DNA of 64,000 nucleotides from Malacoraja senta (taxonomy: Eukaryota): positions 4,588,001 through 4,652,000 of the forward strand of contig CM075989.1 in assembly GCA_038087875.1 (NCBI GenBank), written 5' to 3'. This document shows, piece by piece, positions 25,706-38,040 of this stretch; position 1 is the first letter of the stretch, and the number at the start of each line of letters is the position of its first letter. The notes under the pieces were generated by a model. That model saw only the letters and a program-made list of their open reading frames with translations, was not told where the DNA came from and searched no databases. The position numbers and the translations under genes are program-made.

Positions 25706-28700
25706 TGATGAAATTAGCTTAATCAGAAAATTCAGCAATTTTGGAACTGCTGTGATTCCCCTTTTTAATTGCTTTGCACCAAGAAGCATCAATACAAATT
25801 TGTCCATGACAGATTAATTCAGCAATATGACTCAAGGTAGGGAAACAAAACTTCTGGTAGAGTTGCTGTCTCACAGAGCCAGAGACCCAGGTTTGATCCT
25901 GAACTCAGGTGCTGTCCGTGTGGAGTTTGCACTTTATCCCGACGAACCGCAAAGGATACCTCCCACATCCCAAAGATGCGCGGGATTGTACGTTAATAGG
26001 CCTTCTGCAAATTGCTGCCAGTTGGAGGGAGTGGATGAGAAACTGGGAACAAGTGTGAACAGGTGATCGGTGGTTGGCGTAGACTCGATGGGCCAAAGAG
26101 CCTGTTTCCATGCTGTATCTCTAAACTAAACTAAATCAGTACCAGGGTTTCATGAATGCCTTTGTTTTCTAAATAGATGTATCTATTCTAAATAGTTTTT
26201 CAATTGCCTTTCTCATGCAGTCTGACATAAATTTGCTATAGAAAGTAGAAAGTTTTGCATTAGGAAAGCAACTGCTATTTGTAAAGGTGACAAATTAAAG
26301 GAAACAATTCCATTGGCCACTAACAGCCGCAAAAGGGTCCCAACCTGAAACTTTGCCTAACCAGGTTGTCCAGAGAGGCTGCCTGACCTGCCGAGTTACT
26401 CCAGCACTCTGTGTCCTTTTTGGTAAACCAGCATCAGCAGTTGCTTGTGTCTGGAAGCAGTTCTTCTTGAGAAATCATCCATCACTCATTACAGGTTTAT
26501 TTTTTTAAATATCTGCGTGCAGACTGTGAAAAGAATTGCTTGAGATATCAACTCCTCACTCACATATAGGAGGCCAAATTTGTCCCTGGAAAAGACATGA
26601 GACCATATCACCATCATTTGGATGAAGCCACATGTAATCTACTTAGAGGCGTTCGCAAAAGTGAAAACCACCATTACATTACGGAAGCTACTTGACCATA
26701 AAGTCAGTCCTTCTCCAAGTGACAAGTGAAATATTGTGTAGAAACAAAGAACTGCAGACAAAATGTGGGAAGGAACTGCAGATGCTGGTTTACACCAAAG
26801 ATAGACACAAATTGCTGGAGTAACTCAGCGGATAGGCAGCATCTCTGGAGAGAAGGAATGGGTGGCCTTTCGGCTCACATTTCCCTCTCCCCTGACTCTC
26901 AGTCTGACGAAGGGTCTCGACCCAAAATGTCATCTATTCCTCCTATCCGGAGATTCTGCCTTTCCCGCTGAGTTACTTCAGCAATTTGTTTCTATCCAAG
27001 AACTGCAGATGCTGGTTTAAATCAAAGATAGACACAATGTGCTGGAGTAACTCAGCGGGTCAGGCAGCACATCTGGAGAACAAGGATGGACGACATGATT
27101 TCAGTTCGGGACCCTTCTTCAGATACTTTGTGTCTATCTTTGGTATAAACCAGCATCTGCAGTTCTTTGTTTCCACATTCTGTCTGCTCCACTGCTAAAT
27201 CTCCTCAAGGTATACCTACTATGAAGAAGTTCTCCTCTCTCTGACAGTTCTCCAACACCCTCCCTCACTGCTCCCCTTCTGTGATTCCTGCCAACTGGAA
27301 GAAGGATCCCAACCCAAAACGTCACCCATTCTTTTTCTCCGCAGATGCTGCCTGACCCTCTGAGTTACTCCAGCACTTTGTGTGTATGAAAAGTGGAACA
27401 TAATTATTAACAGTCAATTAAATTGGAACAGTTAACGATGCTTGCTCTAAGGACATTGCAAAGATAAAGTCTTTTTCTCCTCACATGTAACTCAGACAGG
27501 TAATTTTACTTTTATCCCTTTGTTCCCCATCCGCAAAATGCCTGAAACGGGGTACTGATTGTGGATGGTCCGCCATGAACACATTGAATGATGGTGCTGG
27601 CTCGAAGGGCCGAATGGCCTACTCCTGCATCTATTGTCTATTGTCTATTGAAACCATAAATAATGAGATGGTGATGGTGGTTGGTTGGAAAGGTGGGAGA
27701 AGCGATTAATAATCAGAATAGATTTCTGGTTAAGTTTATCTCCTTAGAATGCAAGGACATTTTTGGCTATCCATCAGCTTGCCCTTGGTCCCTCTCCGCA
27801 ACAATGCGTTTTTGTCAATTGTTAATCTAGTTCAATTCCAGCTCAATGCAAGCTATGCTGCTAATGCCAATACGTGTCTTTGATTTCCAGCAGTGGGACT
27901 TCAAAGAGATACAATCACACTCTCCCAACCACCGCCCACCCCTCCCCACAAACTGTTTGCACTAATCCATCCACCTCATTTACTGAGCATCCGTCTGCAC
28001 AACAACTATTATAAAAATTGAAGGATAAAAGCTTGGTCCCGTATTAAGAGACTGGAACTTTACATTCCCACAAAGGCACTGTATATGTAACGTACTTGGA
28101 TAGGTGTGGGTGGATAAATTACTGAAACCAAATCTGTACCCTTTATTTAACCTTTTTGAGCTAACACTACCAACACGCTTAAGGTGTATTAGACAGATAG
28201 ATATTTAACGTTGCACAGCAGAAATTCTCTATAATTTGAACATGAAGTAGTCACGGCAACAGACCATCATATTTATAGGCAGCGTGGGATTGCAAAGAGA
28301 TTTTTAAATTAAAAATATAGATGGTAAATGTACCTCAGGTACCTTGTACAAGATTATGAAGTAATTTTTTTCCCAAATAATCTGTTCATCTATTTAAAGC
28401 AATGTATAATTCAGGAAAATTTCATACTTGCATCTCCTTTGCAACGAGCTAGTCATCATGTCCAGCTCAATTTTATGCATTCAAATACCAACGCCAGAGT
28501 CATTATATATAGATTAATTAAAGGCAGAAACCTCTTATGTAGAAATAAGGAACTGCAGATGCTGGTATCCGAACGAAGACACAGAATGCTGTACTAACTC
28601 AGCAGCTCAGACAGCATCTCAGGAGAACATGGATAGGTGATGTTTCAGGTCTGAAAAAGGATCCCGACAGAAATCGTCACCTATTCATGTTCTCCTAAGA

Positions 28701-29669
28701 TGCTGCCCAACCCGCTGAGCTCTGTGTCTTCCTTAATTAGGGGCGCAGTCTTCACAGAACTGTTTTTAACAAGCCTTTCCTCACTTGTTAACAAATTGAC
28801 TAAATTACACAAAATCACGTCAATACACGTCAACAATGACTGAATGTTAAAACATCAAGAGGCTCCTCCATCCTGACGTAGTGCATTCACTATGGTATGG
28901 ATGTAACCATATGTCTCCATCATTGCTTTCCTTTAATTTACACCACATATGATATCAGGGCTTGAAAGAGTTAAATAAAGAGACTGGGTTACATTAATCT
29001 ACACCCAGGGAACAACAGACACTTTATGGCCTAATTAATTTATGCTTCTCAGAAGCCTCCTCCGAACCTACTTCATCTCACATGATCAACATATTCTATG
29101 TGTAGGAACGAACAGCAGATGCTGATTTATTCCGAAGAAAGATACAAAATGCTGGAGTAACTCAGCGGGTTAGGCAGCATATCTGGAGAAAAGGAATATG
29201 TGATGTTTCGGGTCAGATAGAAAAGGCCAGAACAAAACAGGGCGGGCAGCAGGTGACTTCAGTAAAAGTGGCCATTATGGACTCTAGCAAATTGCCCACC
29301 TGGTCCTTAATGTTGGATACATGGAACTTGTTCCTCTGGTGGAGAAATACTAAACATGACACAGAATTGGATGGCAATTCAGAAGAGAAGCCAAGAAACA
29401 ACTTTGTGACCAATAAAAGCAACTGTTCTTCAGCAAAAGACTATGGATCGTGAGGCAATTGGGGCTTTGGAGCTCTCAAGATTATTTGGTTTTTGTTCAT
29501 ATTAACATTTCCCAACACATGGGGCGAAGGTGGAATTTTGGTTCACAGATCTGGTCTATTTGAATGTGAAAGCAGGTTTGAGGGGCTGAATGGCTAATAT
29601 CCCATATTTAATCTCCTTGTTTTCTTTCTCCATCTACTGACTTGCTGGAGCCACCAGTTGCCCTTTGCT

Positions 29670-30310
29670 TTGCTATTGTGGGAGTGCGGAGTAGTTTCAC
29701 CATGTTAATTCCCGGGATGGCGGGACTGACATATGATGAAAGAATGGGTCGACTGGGCTTATATTCACTGGAATTTAGAAAGATGAGAGGGGATCTTATG
29801 GAAACATGTAAAATTCTTAAGGGATTGGACAGGCTAGATGCAGGAAAAATGTTCCCCATGTTGGGGGAGTCCAGAACCAGGTGTCACAGTTTAAGAATAA
29901 GGGGTAGGCCATTTAGGACAGAGATGAGGAAAAATGTTTTCACCCAGAGAGTTGTAAATTTGTGGAATTAGCTGCCACAGAAGGCAGTGTAGGCCAATTC
30001 ACTGGATGTATTCAAGAGATAGTTGGATATAGCTAACAGAATGAATGAATAATTTTATTGGCCAAGTATTCACATACAAGGAATTTGCCTTGGTGCTCTG
30101 CCCGCAAGTGACAACATGACATACAGTGGCAGTTAGGAATGACACATAAAACATTAAACATTAATAATGAAACATTAATAAATCAAGGGAAATGGGGAGA
30201 AAGCAAGAGCTGGATACTGATTCTGGTTGATCAGCCATGAACATATTGATTGGCGGTGCTGGCTCGAAGGCCGAATGGCCTACTCCTGCACCTATTGTCT
30301 ATGTTTCTAT
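29670..30310 (+). mobile_element. CR1 LINE 3' fragment (second subfamily), interrupted by an antisense Rex1-type tail at ~30040-30180
   Basis: LGLYSLEFRKMRGDLMETCKILKG..FTQRVVNLWN; tail ggctcgaaggccgaatggcctactcctgcacctattgtctatg. Confidence 0.88.
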
Positions 30311-31564
30311 GTTTGCTGCTTCTCCAAAATGGCAGTGGTTTCACCGCTTATCAATGTCACTAGTGAAAGGGTTGAGTACGCCCTGCACACACATTGATAG
30401 GAGACACCAGTATTTGTTGGTGTTTTAGTTTGCTTACTGGAAGAAAAGTACTTAATTTACAGCATGGAAACAGGCCTTTTGACTCACCAGGTCCACGTTG
30501 ACCATCGATCACCTGTTCACGCTAGTTTAGTTCAGTATAGTTTAGAAAACGGCGTGGAAACAAGCTCTTCGGCCCACCGAGACCACGCCGAACAGTGATT
30601 TCCGTACACCCGCACCATCCTACACACTAAGGACAGTCTACAATTTTTACCAAAGCCAATTAACCTACAAACCTGTATGTCTTTGGAGTGTGGCAGGAAA
30701 GCGGAGCACCCAGGTAAAATCCACGCAGTCACGGGGATAACGTACAAAATCCATACAGACAGCACCTGAGGTCAGGATCAAACCCGGGTCTCTGGCACCG
30801 TAAGGCAGTAACTCTACCGCTGCACCACCATGCCGCCCCAAATTGTAGTTCTATGTTATCCCACTTTCGCTTCCGCTACCTACACTCTAGTGGCAATTTA
30901 CAGAGCCCAATTAACCTACAATCCTGCACATATTTTGGATACTGGAGGAAACACATACTGTCACAGGGAGAACGTACAAACTGCACATGGACAGCAGCTG
31001 AGGTCAGGATCGAACCCGGGTCTCTGGTGCTGTGAGGCAGCAGCTCTACCAGCTGCACCACTGAACTGCTACTGCTGAAATTACGGTGGATAATCAGAAG
31101 AATAAGAACGGAAGTACTCTAGCAAAATATCAAAACTTTGCAAATCGGCAAATATATCCCTGAGTGTATTTAAGAGAAATATTATGTTTTTAAATTGTAG
31201 AAGCGAGGAACTTTAATACACTCAAAGACACAAGTGTTGGAGTAACTCAGCAGGTCAGGCAGCACCTCTGGAGAACATGGATAGGTGACATTTCGTGGCC
31301 TGACAGGAAACATCACCTATCCATGTTCTCCAGAGATGCTGCTTGACCTGCTGAGTTACCCCAGCACTTTGTGTCCTTTTATCTTTTAAAATTGCTTACT
31401 TCTGATCAACACAATTGACAAATAATTTTAAACTGCTAAGATCATCCTTTGGTCTATCAAGCCTGTCCCTCAAATGTGGGCAACTTTAGCACAGAATAGA
31501 CATACAACGACCCAATAGGCAATACAACTATTGAAAAAGGAAGCAAATTTGGAAAAAATATGTC

Positions 31565-31764
31565 NNNNNNNNNNNNNNNNNNNNNNNNNNNNNNNNNNNN
31601 NNNNNNNNNNNNNNNNNNNNNNNNNNNNNNNNNNNNNNNNNNNNNNNNNNNNNNNNNNNNNNNNNNNNNNNNNNNNNNNNNNNNNNNNNNNNNNNNNNNN
31701 NNNNNNNNNNNNNNNNNNNNNNNNNNNNNNNNNNNNNNNNNNNNNNNNNNNNNNNNNNNNNNNN
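31565..31764. other. assembly gap (200 N)
   Basis: Run of N. Confidence 1.
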
Positions 31765-32430
31765 AGCTTCGGACGATAGCTAAAATAAAACAATTCCTCC
31801 ACTTTGATGACCTCGAAAAGATCATCCACACATTTATCTCCTCCCGCCTAGATTACTGCAACTCCCTTTACACTGGCATCAGCCAATCTTCCCTGTCCCG
31901 CCTGCAACTGGTCCAAAACGCCGCAGCGAGACTCCTGACGGGCACCCGAAAAAGGGACCACATCACCCCGATCCTGGCCTCTCTCCACTGGCTCCCTGTG
32001 CGGTTCCGTATACATTTCAAGATCCTCCTCTATGGCTACAAAGCCCTTAATGGGCTTGCCCCCACCTACATCAAAAGTCTTCTTACCCACCACTCCACCT
32101 CCAGGTCCCTCAGACCGGCCGACGGGGTTGCTGAATATCCCACGGTCTAGGCATAAGCTCAGGGGGCGACCGTGCCTTTGCGGTTGCAGCTCCTAGACTG
32201 TGGAACAGCATCCCCTTCCCATCAGAACTGCCCCCTCCATCGACTCCTTTAAGTCAAGACTAAAAACTTATCTATACTCCCAAGCCTTTCTTGACGTCCT
32301 CTGAGCGAGGGCTACATGTATATATGTATGTAGTTTGTTTGTTTATACTATTCTTATAACAAATGTAAAGCACTTTGGCCAACGAGAGTTGTTTTTTAAA
32401 TGTGCTATATAAATAAATGTGACTTGACGA
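31765..32430 (+). mobile_element. L2-clade LINE 3' fragment abutting the gap
   Basis: IIHTFISSRLDYCNSLY..LQLVQNAAARLLT..HITPILASLHWLPV, the L2 ORF2 C-terminus; 3' UTR ending aataaataaatgtgacttga. Confidence 0.9.
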
Positions 32431-32569
32431 CCTGACTTCTCTCCCTTTACCCATCCCTCCTTCCCACCCTCTCCCTTTCTTCTAGTCTGGGATTACCTTA
32501 ATTCAAGACAGTTGGATGGTGTTGTAGTTGTTGTGCATCCTGAATACATTTCCCTTTACTGTTGCACTC

Positions 32570-33140
32570 CCCTAATACCCTATTCACTGGTGCTCACCCC
32601 TAAATCCCCATTTACTGGTGCTCACCCCTAAATCCCCATTTACTGGTGCTCACCCCTAAATCCCCATTTACTGGTGCTCACCCCTAAATCCACATTTACT
32701 GGTGCTCACCCCTAAATCCCCATTTACTGGTGCTCACCCCTAAAGGAGCTGTCCCACGGTACGAGCATTCCAAGAGCTCCTGAGTTTAAAACTCGTGGTA
32801 AGCACGGAGACTGAACGTAGCGGGTACATCTCTTAGGGGACGTCTCTTAGCGGCAGGTACTCGGAAGACTCGCTAACGGCAGGTAAGCACGGGAAGACTC
32901 GTGAAGATTTTTCAACATGTTGAAAAATGTCCACGAGAGCCCCGAGTACCGACGAGCGGCCATTACTGTAAATCTCCGACTTCAAATCAGGGCAAACTCG
33001 GGAGAATTGGAATGAACTCGTACCGTGGGACAGGGCTTTAAATCCCCATTTACTGGTGCTCACCCCTAAATCCCCATTTACTAGTGCTCATCCCTAAATC
33101 CACATTTACTGATGCTCACCCCTAAACCCACATTTACTGA
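32570..33140. repeat. 24-bp minisatellite (ccccatttactggtgctcacccctaaat-type)
   Basis: About 10 near-identical units; relic units at ~34850-34900, 35650-35695 and 36170. Confidence 0.9.
32744..33038. mobile_element. PIF/Harbinger-like MITE, type iii, inside a minisatellite
   Basis: TIR ..CTGTCCCACGGTACGAG; TAA TSD at 32741-43 and 33039-41 splits a ccccTAAatcccc unit. Confidence 0.85.
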
Positions 33141-33148
33141 TGGTCTCC

Positions 33149-34081
33149 GGGCCTGTCCCACTTACGCGACTTTTTCGGCGACTGCCGCTACCCATCATAG
33201 GTCGTTACAGGTCGCCGAAAATTTTCAACGTGAAAATCCAGCGGCAACCAGAACAAGGTGCGACTCTTTGGGCGACTACTCACGACCATACAGGCTTCAG
33301 CCCGCGACATGTTGTCAGTATGGTCGTTAGTAGTCTCCTCAGTCGCCCAAAGAGTCGTGGCGTCTTTCTGGTCGCCGCTGGATTTTTTTTTAATTTTTTT
33401 TTTTTAAATTTTTTTAATTTTTATTTATTAGAAGTACATTACATTACAACCGCATACATTAGTACTCGTCATTTATATCTTCTTACAATTAATGTACTCC
33501 ATTTATTTTTTTACACTAGAAAAGGAAAAGATTGAAAGAAAGAAGAAAGTGAAGGAAAAGTGAAAGTGTAGAAAACGTGACAACAAAAAAGGACGAAGAC
33601 CCTATAAGAGCAAAATTAAAAACAAAAGAAAAAGAGTTAAGAAATAGACCCTAGGAAAGAAAGAGAAAGAGAAAGAGGAAAAAGAGAGAAACAAATATTT
33701 TTATGAGCATTACGTAAATGGGACATACCAACTCTTCAACTATCATCCCCCCTTACCTGACCTCAATTTTTTTTTTTGTAAGTACTTTTGCACCCTATGT
33801 TTGTAATAATTCTATAAATGCAGACCACGTCAGGTGGAAGTGATCTGGTTTACCTGCTAGGAGGAGTCTTATCTCTTCTAGGTGTAATGTTTCAAACATA
33901 TTTGAAATCCACATATTTATAGTTGGTATTGGAGCCTTCTTCCAAAATTTTAGAATTAGCTTTTTTCCAGTTATTAACCCAAAGTCTATTAGTTTCTTTT
34001 GAAACACATTGTTGAAAATTTCCGGCGACCTATGGCAGGTGCCGGCACTCGCTGTAAAGTTGCGTAAGTGGGACAGGCCCT
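33149..34081. mobile_element. PIF/Harbinger-like MITE, type iv, split by an L1 fragment
   Basis: GGGCCTGTCCCACTTACGC...GCGTAAGTGGGACAGGCCCT; internal sequence matches 44692-44958. Confidence 0.82.
33385..34008 (-). mobile_element. L1-clade 3' fragment, related to the 40-42 kb copy, nested in a MITE
   Basis: KKLILKFWKKAPIPTINMWIS..LHLEEIRLLL parallels KKLILKFWKNTPIPTLKMWIA..HLEEMRFLL; purine-rich 3'UTR and poly(A) (T-run at 33384-33420). Confidence 0.85.
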
Positions 34082-35321
34082 TAATTCTCCTTTCATTGGT
34101 ACTCTCCTCAGGTCAGTCTGTGCCTTTGGTGATTGATATCTTTGTGTGTGGACTGTGGAGTCTGCATGGTATCCCTTTGACCGTGTGGGTTTCAAGAACC
34201 TGCACATGCCGCAAATCTGAGATAAACAGAAAATGCCATGAGCTCCCTGATGTTCATTAACATCCACCAGCACCCATATTCTTCCTGCTCCACCTCGCTT
34301 CCCCTTGGTATTCACTGCCCCCTCCGCCAATCAAAGACCCACACCATCCTGGCAACACACTCATCTCTTCTTTGCTATCGGGAAGAAGGTACAGGAGCTT
34401 GAAATCTGGAACATCCAGGTTCAGGAACAGCTACTTCCCCACAGCCATCAGGCTATGAAACTCGCCATCAAACAAACTCTGAACAATAACAGCCTATTGA
34501 ACTTTATCTATTTATTTATTGTATATATATATGGTCTATGGTCTATAGACATACTGAACTTTTATCTCCTGTTCTGTATTATGTTTACATATTCTGTTGT
34601 GCTGCAGCAAGTAAGAATGTCATTGTCCTATCTGGGACACATGATAATAAATACTCTCTTGACTCCTGACTTGACTCACTTTAACTGACACAGTATCTTC
34701 CTCTTTCTGACACACTATCTCTCCCACTGACACCATTCATTTCTCTTACATCTCTTGCATCCACTAACACACCATTCTCTCACTGACACCCCATTCGCTC
34801 CATGTCACTGACACACTCCATTTCTTTCTCTCTCTTCTCAGATGTGTGCTCTCCCCTAATTCCCCATTTACTGGTGCTCGCCCCTAATTCCCCATTTACT
34901 AGCTGTCCATATGGACTCCAGCTGGGTATTCCGTATGCTAGGCTTTTGATTGATTTTGAATGAGAACATACAAGGCATGATTAGTAAGTTTGCAGATTAC
35001 ACCAAAGTGGGTGGTATTGTCGATGAGAGGTGATTTTTCAGAGGTGTAACTCTCTCTCTCTCTTCTTTTTCTTCTTCTTGTGTATGGCGTGCACAGCCTA
35101 AAGTTGTAAGACAACTTGTTCTGTTTGATCTTCTGTTTGTGCCCGCCAGGTTGATTGCATTCGTCGAAACAGGGTGGACCACGTGAAGGTTGCAATCTCT
35201 CTCTCTCTCTCTCTCACTGACACACTCCATATCATTCTCTCCCTGTCACACTCTATTTATTTTTCTCTCTCTCTCTCTCTCAGGAGAAATCACCATCCCA
35301 ACTCCCATAGTTTCCCAGTAA

Positions 35322-35620
35322 AGGGCCTGTCCCACTCTACGAGGTAATTCAAGAGTTCTCCCGAGGTTCCCCTGATTCGAACTCAGCGAATTACGGTAAT
35401 AGCCGATCGTAGGTACTCGGGGGCTCTCGTGGACATTTTTCAACATGTTGAAAAAACTTCACAAGCTTACCGCGTTTCCCGAGTACCTGCCGTTAGCATT
35501 ACCATCCGCTAAGAGACGTCCCGAGCTCCGACATACCCGCTACGCACATTCCACGTACTTACCACAAGTTTGGTGTCTCGGGAGAGCTCTCGGGTAAACT
35601 CGTATAGTGGGACACGCCCT
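35322..35620. mobile_element. PIF/Harbinger-like MITE, type iii
   Basis: AGGGCCTGTCCCACTCTACGAG...CTCGTATAGTGGGACACGCCCT; TAA/TGA flanks; similar to 32744-33038 in inverse orientation. Confidence 0.82.
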
Positions 35621-35909
35621 TGACCGATACACTCCCCCAAAAAAATATATTATTGGTGCCCTCCCCCATTTCCCATTCACTAGTGCGCTCTCCTAACGTT
35701 TTTGTTTGATCTTGGCTTCAGGTCCTTTCTTTGTGGGTGGAGACTGCGTTCTCCCTGTGACCTGCAGGGTGAAAGGGGAATGAGGGGTAATGTTATAGAG
35801 GTGTATAGGATCATGAAGGGAATAAATAGGGTGAATGTGCAGTCTTTAACCTAGAAAGGGGAATCAATAACCACAGGGCATAGGTTTAAGGTGAGAGGAG
35901 AAAGATTTA

Positions 35910-36146
35910 AGCCCCTGTCCCACTTGGCCGACCTATGCCGACCTTCATTTACTCATGGACATTTTTTAGCAGGTTGAAAAAACACCGCGACCTACTTGAG
36001 GCCACGAGTACGCGCAGACCACTCACGAGCATGAGGAAGAGTTAATGAAGACCTCCTACGACCTCGTGGCGACCATGCTGCGTGTATGAGTCAAGGGCAA
36101 ACTCGGCAGAGATCGGCAATTAGTTCGTACAAGTGGGACAGGCCCT
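35910..36146. mobile_element. PIF/Harbinger-like MITE, type ii-related, inside a CR1 3' end
   Basis: AGCCCCTGTCCCACTTG...CAAGTGGGACAGGCCCT; splits the CR1 motif gaaagatTTAataggaacctgagg. Confidence 0.82.
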
Positions 36147-37624
36147 TCAATATGAACCTGAGGGTAACTTCTAATTCCCCATTGGTATTCTCTCCTATTT
36201 TCCTATTTTCTGATGCTCCATTCGGCTAATGTTTCCGCAGAACCTTTCTGCGACTATCTGCCTGCATGTTCTCACCCTCAAATCCACTCTCCATTAAGAA
36301 CATTCATCTCTCGTAGGTAAGAACTACAAATGATGGTTTACACCAAAGATAGACACAAAATGTTGGAGTAACTCAGTGGGACAGGCAGCATCTCTGGAGA
36401 GAAAGAATGGGTGACGTATCGGGTTGAGACCCTACTTCAGACTTCTGACTTAGAAGATTCTAAAGAAGGGTCTTGACCCAAACCGTCACCCATTCCTTCT
36501 CTCCAGAGATGCTGCCTGTCCCGCTGAGTTACTCCAACATTTTGTGTTTATTAATCTCAAGCAAAGCTAACTTCAATGGAAGATCATTGGTTTACTTTCT
36601 CAGCAGAAGATCTGATTGAATCCTATAAAGTGCTCTTTGCACCTTCCCTAATCAGTTGAAACGGCTCAATATTCAAGGATCATTGTGAAATCCAAGGATT
36701 ATCTCGTCATTACCTCCTCCTTGTCATTTTAGAGCCCTCGCCCCTTCGCTTTCATATGGCATCACGTTCAGTACAGACAAGGCACTCCACTGTTTTATGT
36801 TCTATGTTCTATATTCTATGTTGACACAGTGGCGCAGCGGTAGAGTTGCTGCCTTACAGATCCAGAGACCCAGGTTCGATCCTGAGTACGGGTGCTGTCT
36901 GTACGGAATTTGCATGTTCTCCCTGTGACCACGTGGTTTTTCTCCAAGTGCTCACTACGATCCAACTGGGTGTGAGTGTATTCAGCTGGTTAATTCTTGT
37001 CTACACGGAGGATTGCCTGGAATGGCTTCCATCTTGATCCAGTCTGCGGTCGACCTCTATGTGTAAGGGACTTCATAGGCCTTGGTTCCCGGGTCCAGCG
37101 TTCGGCCACGGGGGACCGGCTCGGTGGCTACCCCCCCCCGCCCCCCCCGCAGGCCTCGGCCCTCTGGCAGCTTCAGCCTCATCCATCCCACTGCACTCTC
37201 TAGAGTTCCCGACTACGGGTGTTGTCTGTATGGTTTGTACGTTCTCCCCGTGACCACGTAGGTTTTCTCTGAGATCTTCCGTTTCCTCCCACACTCCAAA
37301 GACGTTAGGGATGTAGGTTAATTGGCTTGGGTTTGTATACTTGGTATAAGTGTAAATTGCCCCTAGTGTGTGTAGGCTTGTGTTAATGTGTGGGGATCGC
37401 TGGTTAGTGCGGACTCAGTGGGCCAAAGGGCCTGTTTCCGCACTGTATCTCTGAACTACACTAAACTAAAACTAAGGAGAGACACAAAAAGCTGGAGTAG
37501 CTCAGCTGGAGTCAGGCCCGAAACGTTGCCTATTTCCTTCGCTCCATAGATGCTGCTGCACCCGCTGAGTTTCTCCAGCATTCTTGTCTACCTTCGATTT
37601 TCCAGCATCTGCAGTTCCTCCTTA

Positions 37625-38040
37625 AGCCTCTGCTGGAGTCCGACTTCGGAAGATCCAACCACGGGAACCTGCGGACTTTGACATCGTGGAGCTCGCGGCC
37701 CCTGGTTGGAGACTGACTTCGGGAGCTCCAGGCCGCAGGAGCTTCGACCGGGAGCTTAGATCGCCCCAACGCGGGGGCTTCGTCCACCGGCTGCGGGAGC
37801 TTCAATCGTCCCGACTGCAGATGGTTTGACTGCCCCGACCACGGGAGAATAAAGAGGGAAGATTAGACTTTATTGCCTTCCATCACATTGAGGAATGTGG
37901 GGAATCCACTGTGGTGGATGTTTATGTTAATGTGGTTGTGCGTCTTGTTGTGTCTTTTTTAGTATGGCTGTACGGTTATTCGAATATCACCGTACCTTAA
38001 TTGGTACACGTGACAATAAAAGACCTTTGAAACCTTTGAA
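37625..38040 (+). mobile_element. unclassified non-LTR retroposon 3' part
   Basis: GC-rich internal tandem units (ggagcttcga.cg..), then gtgacaataaaa and an (acctttgaa)2 tail; related 3' end at ~8980-9147. Confidence 0.55.

Noticed and set aside
31457..32150. ORFs spanning the N run
   Set aside because: Gap artefacts; the right part is L2.
32570..33140. CRISPR-like array
   Set aside because: Units are contiguous with no unique spacers, and the DNA is vertebrate; it is a minisatellite.
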